Shown one piece after another: positions 55,130 to 64,000 of a stretch of DNA of 64,000 bases. The notes beneath the pieces were generated by a model. The model was not told the DNA's origin, did no database searches, and worked only from the letters and a program-made list of their open reading frames with translations. Source of the stretch: Candidatus Multivoradales bacterium (GTDB lineage: Bacteria > Acidobacteriota > Thermoanaerobaculia > Multivoradales > JAHEKO01); assembly GCA_965223855.1 (NCBI GenBank), contig CBDCXM010000009.1, forward strand, positions 3,008,001-3,072,000, in the 5' to 3' direction. Made by a program: the position numbers and the translations under genes. Each line of letters opens with the position of its first letter. Position 1 is the first letter of the stretch.

Positions 55130-55483
55130 TCAGGCGGCCGGCGGAGCGCGAGAGGTCGGTAGAGCGAAGGGCTGGTGTAGCTCCGGTCGCGCGAGGTCGG
55201 CCGGCCGGGACGCCCCGAGCAGCTCGACGCTGCCGGCGCGAACCCAGGACGGCTCGCCGATCGACTGGCGGGAAGCCTGCACGCAATCGACGCACGACGG
55301 CTCGCTCAGCTGATGAACCGCCTCGACGTGCGCCCGCTCTTCGAGCGTCTCGTGACCAGCCGAAACCGTCGGCAGGTGCTCGTGACCGAGCGATTCGTGG
55401 TCGTGCGACCAGCCGGTCCCGATCGCCGCCATTCCGACGGCGAGCGACAAGGCCAGCAGTGAGCGCAACGAGAAGCTCTTCAC
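55130..55483 (-). CDS. DUF2946/CruR-like leader protein (signal peptide, His-rich, CxxC, C-terminal RAPP)
   Basis: HDH..HEH, CVDC, ...PTSRAPPAA*. Confidence 0.8.
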   Translation of the reverse strand: MKSFSLRSLLALSLAVGMAAIGTGWSHDHESLGHEHLPTVSAGHETLEERAHVEAVHQLSEPSCVDCVQASRQSIGEPSWVRAGSVELLGASRPADLARPELHQPFALPTSRAPPAA

Positions 55484-55593
55484 GAGCAGAAAGGTAGCAG
55501 GTGTGGGAGTTCCGCGACAAGATCGCCCGACGGCAGGTGTGAGGGCTCAGCGCAGCAGCGCCGGCCGGGCCGCTCGGCTAAGATGGCGCCGGA

Positions 55594-55932
55594 ATGATCG
55601 GGAAGCGCCTTTTCGCGACAACGCTCGCCGCGCTGCTCTTCGGCGCCGTGGCGGCACCCTGCATGACCATGGAGGGTTGCGAGCCGCCGCCGGCTCAGGA
55701 GTCGCATTGCGAGCCGACCGGGCCGACGCTCGATGTCGCCTGTTGCTGCGACGGTGCCGACTCGACCGCCACGGACGCGATGCGCCCCGCCGGCGCCCAT
55801 CAGGTGTCGCCCGCCGCTCCCGCTCTCGTCGCACGGACGAGCCACGGCCCGCGGGTCGATCGGCTTCCTGAGCCGCCGCCGCCCGCCCCGCCCGGCGCCC
55901 TGCAGACCTCGCTCTGCATCTCCCTGACCTGA
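55594..55932 (+). CDS. CutF-like Cys-rich leader protein with Pro-rich C-terminus
   Basis: Signal peptide, CMTMEGC, HC, CCC, PEPPPPAPP..LC; directly upstream of copA. Confidence 0.75.
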   Translation: MIGKRLFATTLAALLFGAVAAPCMTMEGCEPPPAQESHCEPTGPTLDVACCCDGADSTATDAMRPAGAHQVSPAAPALVARTSHGPRVDRLPEPPPPAPPGALQTSLCISLT

Positions 55933-56058
55933 CCGCTTCTTCGGCGGCGCCTCGAGCGCCGCTCGATGTCGTTGCGGAAGAGCATCAGGTAGGACCGTCC
56001 TCGGAAGGTCGCAGCTCCAACACAGCTGCCCACCCGGGGATCAGCAACAGGCCGGGAG

Positions 56059-57999
56059 ATGGGTATGAATCGCAGACAGTTCTTGAAGTTCGCATCGGCG
56101 CTCGGTGGCAGCGCCGTCGCACAAGCTCTCCTGCCGCCGTGGGCGCGATCGGCGTGGGCGGTCGGCAGCGACCCGACGGCCGATCCGCTCGCGCGGCCTT
56201 CCCTCGAGACGGCCGAGAGCTTCCTCCTGAAGGTGGCAGAGAGCTCCTGGGAGATCGAGGGCCGAACCGGCCGCGCCGTGACCCTCAACGGCACCATACC
56301 GGGGCCGCTCCTGCGGTGGCGCGAGGGCACCGAGGTGACCCTCGACGTCGACAACCGACTCGGCGAAGACACGTCGATCCACTGGCACGGCATCCTTCTG
56401 CCTCCCGAGATGGACGGAGTGCCGGGCGTGAGCTTCGCCGGCATCCCGGGTCGCGAGACCTTCCGCTACCGGTTCCCGGTGCTGCAGTCCGGTACCTACT
56501 GGTACCACAGCCATTCGGGATTCCAGGAGCAGTTGGGGCACTACGGGCCGCTACTCATTGATCCTGCGGGTGCCGACCCGATCGGGTCGGATCGCGAGAT
56601 CGTCATCGTCCTCGCTGATTGGACCTTCGAGAACCCCCGGCGGGTTTTCGCCAAGCTCAAGAAGGTCAGTCACGCGTACGACTATCAGAAGCTGACCGTG
56701 AGGGATCTCTTCCGCCGCGCCAGGAACGACGGTTGGGGCGAGGCACTGCGGGAGCGCGCCATGTGGGGATCGATGCGGATGAGCCCGACCGACCTCGCGG
56801 ACGTCACAGGAGCGACCTACACCTATCTGATCAACGGGCACGGGCCGGAGGACGACTGGACCGCGCTCTTCGAGCCGGGCGAGCGGCTCCGGCTGCGGAT
56901 CATCAACGCATCGGCGATGTCGATCTTCAACGTCCGTATCCCGGGTCTGCCGATGACGGTAGTGCAGTCCGACGGGCTGCCGGTGAGGCCGATGACGGTC
57001 GACGAGTTCCAGATCGGGACCGCGGAGACCTACGATGTCGTCGTCCAGACCTCGGAGCACCGCGCCTACACCCTGATGTGCGAGTCGATCGACCGCAGCG
57101 GCTTCGCGCGCGCCACGCTGACACCGGAGCTCGGCCTCCGCGCCGAGGTGCCCGAGCTGCGCGAGAGACCGCTGCTGACGATGGGCGACATGGGCATGGA
57201 GCACCACGGGGCGCACGGCGCCCACGATGGCGGAACCGAGGCGCCCGAGGAGCAGGGTGGGCATGGCTCTCACGAAGCCATGGATCACGGCAGCATGAAC
57301 CACGACGACAAGGATCACGGCGACATGGATCATGCCGGCATGCATCACGAAGGAATGAATCACGGCGCCATGGGTCACGCGGGCATGGACGCTCACGAGC
57401 ACGGCGAAGCGGCCGGCGGCGGCTCCGCATGGCCGACCGAGCCCACCGCCAGACAGCCGGTCGAGCGCGGCCCCGGGGTGGCCAACGTCGCCGAGACGCC
57501 GCGCAACAGACTTCACGAGCCCGGCATCGGGCTCGAGGACGTGGCTCATCGCACGCTGAGCTACGCGGATCTCGAGAGCCTCGACACCAACCCGGACACC
57601 CGGCCTCCGGAGCGGGAGCTCGAGTTGCATCTTACGAGCAACATGGAGCGCTACATGTGGTCGTTCGACGGCGTGAAGCTCTCCGAGAACCCCGAACCGA
57701 TCGTCTTCCACGAGGGGGAGCGCCTGCGCCTGACGATGGTGAACAACACCATGATGCCGCACCCGATCCACCTGCACGGGATGTTCTTCGAGGTGGTCAA
57801 CGGCAAGGGCTCCAGGCAGCCGCGCAAGCACACCATCATCGTGAAGCCGGCCGAGAAGCTGTCGCTCGACGTCACTGCCGACGCCGTCGGCGACTGGGCG
57901 TTCCACTGCCATCTGCTCTACCACATGCATGCCGGGATGATGCGGGTGGTGTCGGTCCGGCCTCGCACGTCGGAGCCGGCGGCGAGGGAGGAGGCATGA
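56059..57999 (+). CDS. copA: Copper resistance multicopper oxidase (CopA/PcoA type)
   Basis: Tat signal NRRQFLK, HWHG, WYHSH, HPIHLHG, HCHLLYHM, Met/His-rich insert; start may be 56065. Confidence 0.96.
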   Translation: MGMNRRQFLKFASALGGSAVAQALLPPWARSAWAVGSDPTADPLARPSLETAESFLLKVAESSWEIEGRTGRAVTLNGTIPGPLLRWREGTEVTLDVDNRLGEDTSIHWHGILLPPEMDGVPGVSFAGIPGRETFRYRFPVLQSGTYWYHSHSGFQEQLGHYGPLLIDPAGADPIGSDREIVIVLADWTFENPRRVFAKLKKVSHAYDYQKLTVRDLFRRARNDGWGEALRERAMWGSMRMSPTDLADVTGATYTYLINGHGPEDDWTALFEPGERLRLRIINASAMSIFNVRIPGLPMTVVQSDGLPVRPMTVDEFQIGTAETYDVVVQTSEHRAYTLMCESIDRSGFARATLTPELGLRAEVPELRERPLLTMGDMGMEHHGAHGAHDGGTEAPEEQGGHGSHEAMDHGSMNHDDKDHGDMDHAGMHHEGMNHGAMGHAGMDAHEHGEAAGGGSAWPTEPTARQPVERGPGVANVAETPRNRLHEPGIGLEDVAHRTLSYADLESLDTNPDTRPPERELELHLTSNMERYMWSFDGVKLSENPEPIVFHEGERLRLTMVNNTMMPHPIHLHGMFFEVVNGKGSRQPRKHTIIVKPAEKLSLDVTADAVGDWAFHCHLLYHMHAGMMRVVSVRPRTSEPAAREEA

Positions 58000-58814
58000 A
58001 GCTGTTGCGGAACGTCGCGATTGGCGGTTGGGCCGTCGCCTTCGCCCTCGCCATGGCGGTTCGAGCGGAGGCCTCCGGCAAGCATCCCGCCGATCATGAG
58101 GATGGAATGGAGAAGGCCCGCCACCACATGTTGCGCCACCATGGAGGGCTACCGCACTGGATGGTGATGGCGGATCGGCTCGAGTGGCGGGAGGACGAGG
58201 AGTTCCTCCTCTGGGATCTCCAGGGTTGGTACGGAGGCGATCGGCATCGGCTGTGGTTCAAGAGCGAGGCCGAGTACGAGCTCGATGGCTCTGATCCCGA
58301 CCGGCTCGTCACCGGCTCGATGAGCGAAAGCGACTTTCATGAGTTCGAGCTGCAGGCTCTCTACGGCCGGGCTGTGACCACCTACTTCGATGTCCTGCTC
58401 GGGCTGAGGCACGATTTCGAGCCGGATCCGGCGACGAGCTATGCCGTCGTCGGCCTGCACGGGCTCGCCCCCCAGATGTTCGAGATCGACGCCTCTCTCT
58501 TCGTCAGCGATGAAGGCGACCTCTCACTGCGCCTCGAAGCCGAGTACGAGCTCCTGCTGACCCAACGGCTGGTTCTCCAGCCTCGCATCGAGCTGGAGGC
58601 CTCGGCTCAGGAGGTCCCCGAACGAGAGCTCGGCAGCGGCCTCAGCTCGGCCGAGGGGGGACTGCGCCTGCGCTACGAGGTTCGGCGCGAGTTCGCCCCG
58701 TACATCGGCTGGAGCTGGGAGCGGAAGCTCGGTGCCACGGAGCGGCTCGCAACGGCGGCGGGGGAGGAGGCCTCGGCCTCGACGCTCGTTGTCGGACTGA
58801 GGCTCTGGTATTGA
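57996..58814 (+). CDS. copB: Copper resistance outer-membrane protein B
   Basis: DRLEW, WYGGD..RLWFKSE, GLAP, LTQRLVLQP, LRYEVRREFAPYIG; ATGA overlap with copA. Confidence 0.93.
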   Translation: MKLLRNVAIGGWAVAFALAMAVRAEASGKHPADHEDGMEKARHHMLRHHGGLPHWMVMADRLEWREDEEFLLWDLQGWYGGDRHRLWFKSEAEYELDGSDPDRLVTGSMSESDFHEFELQALYGRAVTTYFDVLLGLRHDFEPDPATSYAVVGLHGLAPQMFEIDASLFVSDEGDLSLRLEAEYELLLTQRLVLQPRIELEASAQEVPERELGSGLSSAEGGLRLRYEVRREFAPYIGWSWERKLGATERLATAAGEEASASTLVVGLRLWY

Positions 58815-58928
58815 GGTCCTGCCCGATGCCCGACGGCCAAGTGGGCTGCGAGTTGCTGCATTCGCAACCGGCGGTCGATCGGGCTACCATGCGCGCCGAA
58901 CGCTCACCTGCGTAGAGGAGACCCGATC

Positions 58929-60146
58929 GTGTCGCCAAGCCGTAGATTCACCCTGTTCGCCGTCCTGCTCACTCTCGCTGCCCCCGTCGTCGCGCAGCCG
59001 CCGGGCGACCTCCAGATCGTCAACCTGGGCATCACGCCGAACTCGACGGTGCTGGGCGTTCGCCACGCCGGTGACGGTTCCGGCCGGCTCTTCCTGATCG
59101 AGCGCGACGGGACGATCAGCATCGTCGACGACGGGACACTGCTCCCGACGCCGTTCCTCGACATCGAGTCGGACGTCGACACCTTCTTCGAGGGCGGGCT
59201 CCTCGGCCTCGCCTTCCATCCCGACTATGCGACCAACGGCTACTTCTACGTCCACTACACGCGGGACGGCGCGCCACTGGTGTCGGTGATCGATCGCTTC
59301 ACCGTCTTGCCAGGCAACCCGAACGTGGCCGACCTCGGCAGCCGGGAGGAGATCTTCACCCTCGCGCAGCCGGCGGGCAATCACAACGGCGGCGACCTTC
59401 ACTTCAGCCCGGTCGACGGCTATCTCTACTTCGCCATCGGCGACGGCGGAGCGTCGAGCAGCACCTCGCAGAACCAGAACAACCTGCTCGGCAAGATCAT
59501 GCGGATCGACCCGTGCGACGACCCCGGGTGTGTCATCCCGTACGAGATCCCGGCCGACAATCCGAACGTCGGGCAGCCGGAGCCGGACGAGATCTGGGGG
59601 AGCGGGCTGCGCAACCCGTACCGCTTCAGCTTCGATCGCACGACGGGCGACATCTTCATCGCCGACGTCGGATCGGGTTCGCGCGAAGAGGTCTCGTTCC
59701 AGCCGTTCGACAGCGCAGGCGGGGAGAACTACGGCTGGAACTGCCGCGAGGGGGACATCGCCGGCCCGGGCGGCTGCAGCGGGACTTTCGTCGAGCCGGT
59801 GATGGTCTACACCCATGGCGGCGGCAACTGCTCGATCTCGGGCGGCTATCGCTACCGCGGCTGCATCGCCGGGTTCCAGGGCACCTACGTGTTCGGCGAC
59901 TTCTGCACCGGCAGAGTCTGGTTCGGCACCGAGGACACGCCCGGCAACTGGAGCTTCTCGGAGTGGGACGATCTCTCGGGCAGCGTCTACGGCTTCGGCG
60001 AGGACGAGGACGGCGAGCTCTACATAGCTCGCGGCAGCAGCGTCTACCGCTTCGAGAGCCCGTCGAGTTGCACCCTGCCGACCGAGATCTTCGAAGACGG
60101 CTTCGAGTCGGGCGACACCTCCGCCTGGAGCTCGACCCTGCCCTGA
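58929..60146 (+). CDS. PQQ-dependent glucose/sorbosone dehydrogenase family, with C-terminal tag
   Basis: GGLLGLAFHP, NHNGG, GDGG, GLRNPYRFSFD, NYGW. Confidence 0.9.
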   Translation: MSPSRRFTLFAVLLTLAAPVVAQPPGDLQIVNLGITPNSTVLGVRHAGDGSGRLFLIERDGTISIVDDGTLLPTPFLDIESDVDTFFEGGLLGLAFHPDYATNGYFYVHYTRDGAPLVSVIDRFTVLPGNPNVADLGSREEIFTLAQPAGNHNGGDLHFSPVDGYLYFAIGDGGASSSTSQNQNNLLGKIMRIDPCDDPGCVIPYEIPADNPNVGQPEPDEIWGSGLRNPYRFSFDRTTGDIFIADVGSGSREEVSFQPFDSAGGENYGWNCREGDIAGPGGCSGTFVEPVMVYTHGGGNCSISGGYRYRGCIAGFQGTYVFGDFCTGRVWFGTEDTPGNWSFSEWDDLSGSVYGFGEDEDGELYIARGSSVYRFESPSSCTLPTEIFEDGFESGDTSAWSSTLP

Positions 60147-60275
60147 CCGCCGGTCGATCGACCTTCTCGACGCCGCCCGAGCTTGCAGCCGGGCGGCGTC
60201 TCTGTTGAAGTTGCAGAAACTTCGATAGATACGGCGCGTCAGTCGGCCCGCTCGACGCGGCGGCAGGAGGCACCC

Positions 60276-61016
60276 ATGATCGAGATTCCGAGCCTGCGGC
60301 CGGAGACCCGCTACGGCATCCCGTCGGCCGACAGGATGCTGTTCAATCGGCAGTACATCCTCGGCTACTCCTACCTCTTCCGGCAGCCACGGTGGGCGCT
60401 GGAGCTCATCGACCCCGAGGCTCAGCGGATGGAGGAGCCCGAGCTGGAACGGCTCGACAACTTCCGCGAGGACCTGCGGGTGCCGGAGAAGTTCCGCGCG
60501 ACGCTCGCCGACTACCGGGGCTCCGGTCTCGACCGCGGGCACCTGATCGCCAGCGCCGACCGGCTGCAGCGGGCGATCGTGAACTCCGAGACGTTCCTGA
60601 TGAGCAACATGACGCCGCAGCATCCGCAGCTCAATCGCAACGGCTGGCGGCGGCTGGAAGAGGCGGTCCGCGAGCTGGCGCGTACCGAAGAGTGGATCGA
60701 GGTGTACGCGATCTGCGGACCGCTCTTCAACATCGGCGACCCGATCGAGGTGATCGGCGACAACCGCGTGGTCGTCCCCGACGCCTACTTCAAGTCCGTG
60801 CTCGCCGAATCGGCGCGAGCCAACTCCAGCCGCAGCCAGCTGGCGCTGTGGACCTTCGTCATGCCCAACGCACCGGCTACCGAGCCTCTCGAGACCTACC
60901 TGCGCGAGACCTCAGCGGTCGAAGCGTGGGCCGGCCTCTCCCTGTGGGATCGACTCCAGGGGACCGAGTTCCAGGCGCAGAAGGACATGGTCAGGGTGAT
61001 GTGGGACGACAGCTGA
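60276..61016 (+). CDS. DNA/RNA non-specific endonuclease (NucA/EndoG-like)
   Basis: DRGH, ETFLMSNMTPQ..LN..W..LE; SD GGAGG before ATG 60276. Confidence 0.92.
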   Translation: MIEIPSLRPETRYGIPSADRMLFNRQYILGYSYLFRQPRWALELIDPEAQRMEEPELERLDNFREDLRVPEKFRATLADYRGSGLDRGHLIASADRLQRAIVNSETFLMSNMTPQHPQLNRNGWRRLEEAVRELARTEEWIEVYAICGPLFNIGDPIEVIGDNRVVVPDAYFKSVLAESARANSSRSQLALWTFVMPNAPATEPLETYLRETSAVEAWAGLSLWDRLQGTEFQAQKDMVRVMWDDS

Positions 61017-61063
61017 GGCAGCTCCTGCCAGACCCTTCTTCTCGCGTCGACTCACCCAGCTGT

Positions 61064-61413
61064 CTACTCGTCTGGCACCTGCTCGAGGGCGGGAGAGATG
61101 CCCGCTGGCTACTGGCTCGGTAGCCGATTCTACAGGACCGGCACTATTCACCTGGCACCTGGCGGCGGGCCACCTGGCGGCGGGGCAGGCGCGGTGGATG
61201 CGTCGGTGCGAAGGCCCCCCAAGTACGGCAGAGGCCCGACGCGGTCTGAGCCACCGTTCACCCGGTACCTGGGAAGCGACCATTCACCTGGCACCTGGTC
61301 GAAGGGCGGGAAGTGACCATTCACCTGGCACCTGGTCGAGGGCGGGAGAGAAGCCTGCTGGCTATTGACTCGGCGGCCGGTTCGACAGGAGCACTCTATT
61401 CACCTGGCACCTG
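61064..61413 (+). repeat. Array of six 18-bp motifs, consensus C(T/C)ATTCACCTGGCACCTG (REP-like)
   Basis: Copies start at 61064 (degenerate), 61144, 61254, 61280, 61317 and 61396; an ~80-bp unit is also duplicated (61064-61143 vs 61317-61395). Confidence 0.85.
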
Positions 61414-61971
61414 ATCGAGCCACTTGTACATGACGAGGCAGTCGACGTCGCCTTGGGTGGGGTGGGCGAAGGCGCGGGGGAGGCGGCCGACGACTTCGAA
61501 GCCGAGGCTCTGCCAGAGGCGGATGGCGCCGGTGTTGGTGGCGACGACGGAGTTGAACTGCATCGCCCGGTAGCCGAGGTCGATCGCGACCTGCTGGGAG
61601 TGGCGGCACATCGCGGTCGCCACGCCGCGGCCGCGGGCGGCCGCCGAGACCATGTAGCCGCAATTGCAGACATGGGCGCCCGGCCCCAGGGCGTTGGGCT
61701 TGAGGTAGTAGGTGCCGAGGATCTCGCCCTCGGTGGACTCGCCGACGAAAGTCCGTTGCGGTGCGCGAAGCCACAGTTCCACGGCCTCGCCACGGTCGAG
61801 GTCTCGCGGCAGGGCGTAGGTCTCCCCGGCGCCGACGATCTCGCGGAAGAACGGCCAGATCTGCTCGAAGTCCGCTTCGGTCGCTTCGCGCAGATGAAAG
61901 TCACGCTCAGGGATCGGTGCGCACCTGCGGGGTCGAGCCGACGGTCGAGGCCGAGGCACCGCGTCCGACAC
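61396..61971 (-). CDS. GNAT family acetyltransferase
   Basis: GETYA, NCGYMV..ARGRGVA, MQFNSVVATN; start uncertain. Confidence 0.88.
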   Translation of the reverse strand: MSDAVPRPRPSARPRRCAPIPERDFHLREATEADFEQIWPFFREIVGAGETYALPRDLDRGEAVELWLRAPQRTFVGESTEGEILGTYYLKPNALGPGAHVCNCGYMVSAAARGRGVATAMCRHSQQVAIDLGYRAMQFNSVVATNTGAIRLWQSLGFEVVGRLPRAFAHPTQGDVDCLVMYKWLDQVPGE

Positions 61972-64000
61972 GCGCCCAGAGCCGCGTGAAGATCTCTCTC
62001 AGATCGTCGAAGAGGGTGTAGAACACCGGCACCACGAGCAGGGTCAACAGCGTCGCACTCGTCAGCCCGCCAATGAGGGTCAGGCCGAAGCTCCGGTAAC
62101 TGAGTCCGATGCTCGAGGCTCCCTGGATCGTCAGCGGGATCATCCCGGCGATCGTCGTCAGGGCAGTCATCATGATCGGCCGGAAGCGCCGCTCGGCAGC
62201 CAGTGTCACCGCCTGGGCCCGCGGGGTCCCCTCACCGCGAAGCCGGTTGACGTAGTCGATCAGCACGATGCCGTTGTTGACGACGACACCGACCAGGAGG
62301 ATCAGCCCGACGACGCCGAGAAAGTCGATGTCGAGGCCGAAGAACAGGTGCGCCCAGTAGACCCCGAGCCCGGCCAGCGGGATGGTCCACAGGATCGACA
62401 GCGGCAGGATGAAGCTCTCGAAAAGGAAGCCCATCAGGAGGTAGATGAAGACGATCGAGATGACCGCGGCGAAGAGCATGCTCTTGACGTCCTCGTCGAG
62501 CCCGGCCTCGCGGTTGCCGCGCGAGAAGGAGATCCCCTCCGGCAGGTCGATCTGCGACGACAGGGCGATCAGCCGGGCACGGGTCTCTTCTTCCTTGCCC
62601 TCCTCGAGCTCCAGGGTCACGTTGCGCGAGGTCTTCTTGTTGTTGCGCGCGATCGATGCCGCGGAGGCGAGGAAGCGCGGCTCGGTGAGAGACGACAACG
62701 GCACGGTGGCCCCGTGCTCTCCCGCGGGCACTTCGAAGTCGGCGATTTCGTCGAGCGAGTCGCGGTCCTCTTCGCGGAAGCGCACCGTCACCGGGATCTC
62801 CTTACCCTCGTACCGATAGCGGCGCAGCGACTGACCGCGCAACGCGTAGCCGACGATGGTCGAGACGATCGTCGGGTTGATCCCCTGCGACTGCGCCCGA
62901 TCCCGATCGACGACCAGGGCGAGTTCGCTCGGCGACTGATCGTCGACCTTCTGCACCCCGAGCACCCCTTCGACCGAGGTGAAGAGTTCCTCGAGGTCGT
63001 CCGCCACCGCCTCGAGCGCGTCGGAATCCTCGCCCTCGAGCACGAAGGCGTGGAGATTCTGGGTCTTCTTGTCGTCCGTCTGATCGTCGTTGCCGGTATA
63101 GACCGTCACCCCGGCCTTCTCGGGCAGCGCTTCCTTGACCCGGGTCGTCGCCTCGCGCGGGCTCACCTTGTTGGTGCGGGGGTTCTTGAACCACCCCTGG
63201 AACTCGCCGAAGGTTGCGCGGTGGAAGAGGAACCAGCCGTCGAGATCGAGCTCCTCGGCCAGCCCTTCGATCACCTTCTCGCCGGCGAGGAAATACTCCT
63301 CGGCCTCCTGGAGCGTGGTGTTGTTCGGCATCTGCACGCTCAGGAAGAAGCCCCCTCGGTCCTCCTCCTGGGCATCGACGATCTTGACCTTCTGACACGC
63401 CGTCGCCAGGGTCAGCACCGTCACCAGCATCAGGCCGACCACCAGATCGAAACGGCGTCGGAGGAAGAAGCCCAGGAGCGCAACGTAGCGGCTGTTCAGC
63501 CAGCCGAAGGTGCCGTCGTACCCCTTCTTGAGCGCCGCGGAGACGGGATGCGGCTTCTCCTCGTCGTGGTCTTCCTCCTTCGGCAGGCTGAGGTAGACGC
63601 TCAACGGGATGAAGATGAGCGCCACCAGCAGCGACCCCAGCAGCGCCACCGAGATCGGGATCGACAACCGCAGCAGGAAGAACTGCCCCATGCCGTCGAC
63701 CAGCGACACCGGCAGGAAGACGATGATCGTGGTCAGGGTCGCCATGACGATCGCCAGCGCGATCTCGCCGGCACCACGGATGCAGGCCTGCCGGCGGTCG
63801 AGCCCGTCGCGATGGAAGCGAAAGATGTTCTCAGCCACCACCACCGAGTTGTCGACCAGCAGGCCGACCGAGATCATCAACGCCAGCAGGGTGAGGATGT
63901 TGAGCGACTCGCCGACGAAGTACATGACGGTCAGCGCGATGAGGATCGACAGCGGGATCGACAGCGTCACGATGACCGTCATGCGGAACCGGCGCAGGAA
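61907..64000 (-). CDS. RND efflux permease (AcrB family); 5' end runs off the window
   Basis: GLLVDNSVVVAENI, GVVVNNGIVLID, RFRPIMMT. Confidence 0.93.
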   Translation of the reverse strand, partial: FLRRFRMTVIVTLSIPLSILIALTVMYFVGESLNILTLLALMISVGLLVDNSVVVAENIFRFHRDGLDRRQACIRGAGEIALAIVMATLTTIIVFLPVSLVDGMGQFFLLRLSIPISVALLGSLLVALIFIPLSVYLSLPKEEDHDEEKPHPVSAALKKGYDGTFGWLNSRYVALLGFFLRRRFDLVVGLMLVTVLTLATACQKVKIVDAQEEDRGGFFLSVQMPNNTTLQEAEEYFLAGEKVIEGLAEELDLDGWFLFHRATFGEFQGWFKNPRTNKVSPREATTRVKEALPEKAGVTVYTGNDDQTDDKKTQNLHAFVLEGEDSDALEAVADDLEELFTSVEGVLGVQKVDDQSPSELALVVDRDRAQSQGINPTIVSTIVGYALRGQSLRRYRYEGKEIPVTVRFREEDRDSLDEIADFEVPAGEHGATVPLSSLTEPRFLASAASIARNNKKTSRNVTLELEEGKEEETRARLIALSSQIDLPEGISFSRGNREAGLDEDVKSMLFAAVISIVFIYLLMGFLFESFILPLSILWTIPLAGLGVYWAHLFFGLDIDFLGVVGLILLVGVVVNNGIVLIDYVNRLRGEGTPRAQAVTLAAERRFRPIMMTALTTIAGMIPLTIQGASSIGLSYRSFGLTLIGGLTSATLLTLLVVPVFYTLFDDLREIFTRLWARVGRGASASTVGSTPQVRTDP

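Noticed and set aside
55497-55541. Direct repeat gcaggtgtg x2 as a regulator binding site
   Set aside because: Only 9 bp, 36 bp apart, in GC-rich DNA with no cognate regulator nearby; insufficient support.
61064-61413. CRISPR array next to a nuclease
   Set aside because: The repeat is only 18 bp, spacing is irregular (26-110 bp), spacers are duplicated, there are no cas genes, and the motif matches the RAYT element ends instead.

Overview
High-GC bacterial chromosome segment; an Acidobacteriota/Thermoanaerobaculia-like source is inferred from gene style only. Most of the window is housekeeping or envelope genes: a PEP/pyruvate-binding protein next to gdhA, hutH/hutU, comM, an NtrY-like kinase, a peptide-utilisation cluster, rluD-lspA-acpS, def, cysS, yraN, five tRNA genes, ppk2, kefG/kefB, copA/copB and an RND pump. 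Four things stand out. (1) Two divergent small secreted Cys/His-rich leader ORFs (55130-55932). One ends in RAPP ahead of a ZnuD-like TonB receptor, the other ends in poly-Pro ahead of copAB. Each carries an 8-nt sequence complementary to the downstream ribosome-binding region, which suggests a twin metal-sensing ribosome-stalling switch. (2) A RAYT-type HUH transposase flanked by inverted 17-bp motifs; the same motif forms a 6-copy array 15 kb away. (3) Three unrelated secreted enzymes share a C-terminal IFEDxFESGDTSxWS tag. (4) An indel-rich duplication at about 46.8-51.0 kb may be an assembly artefact.
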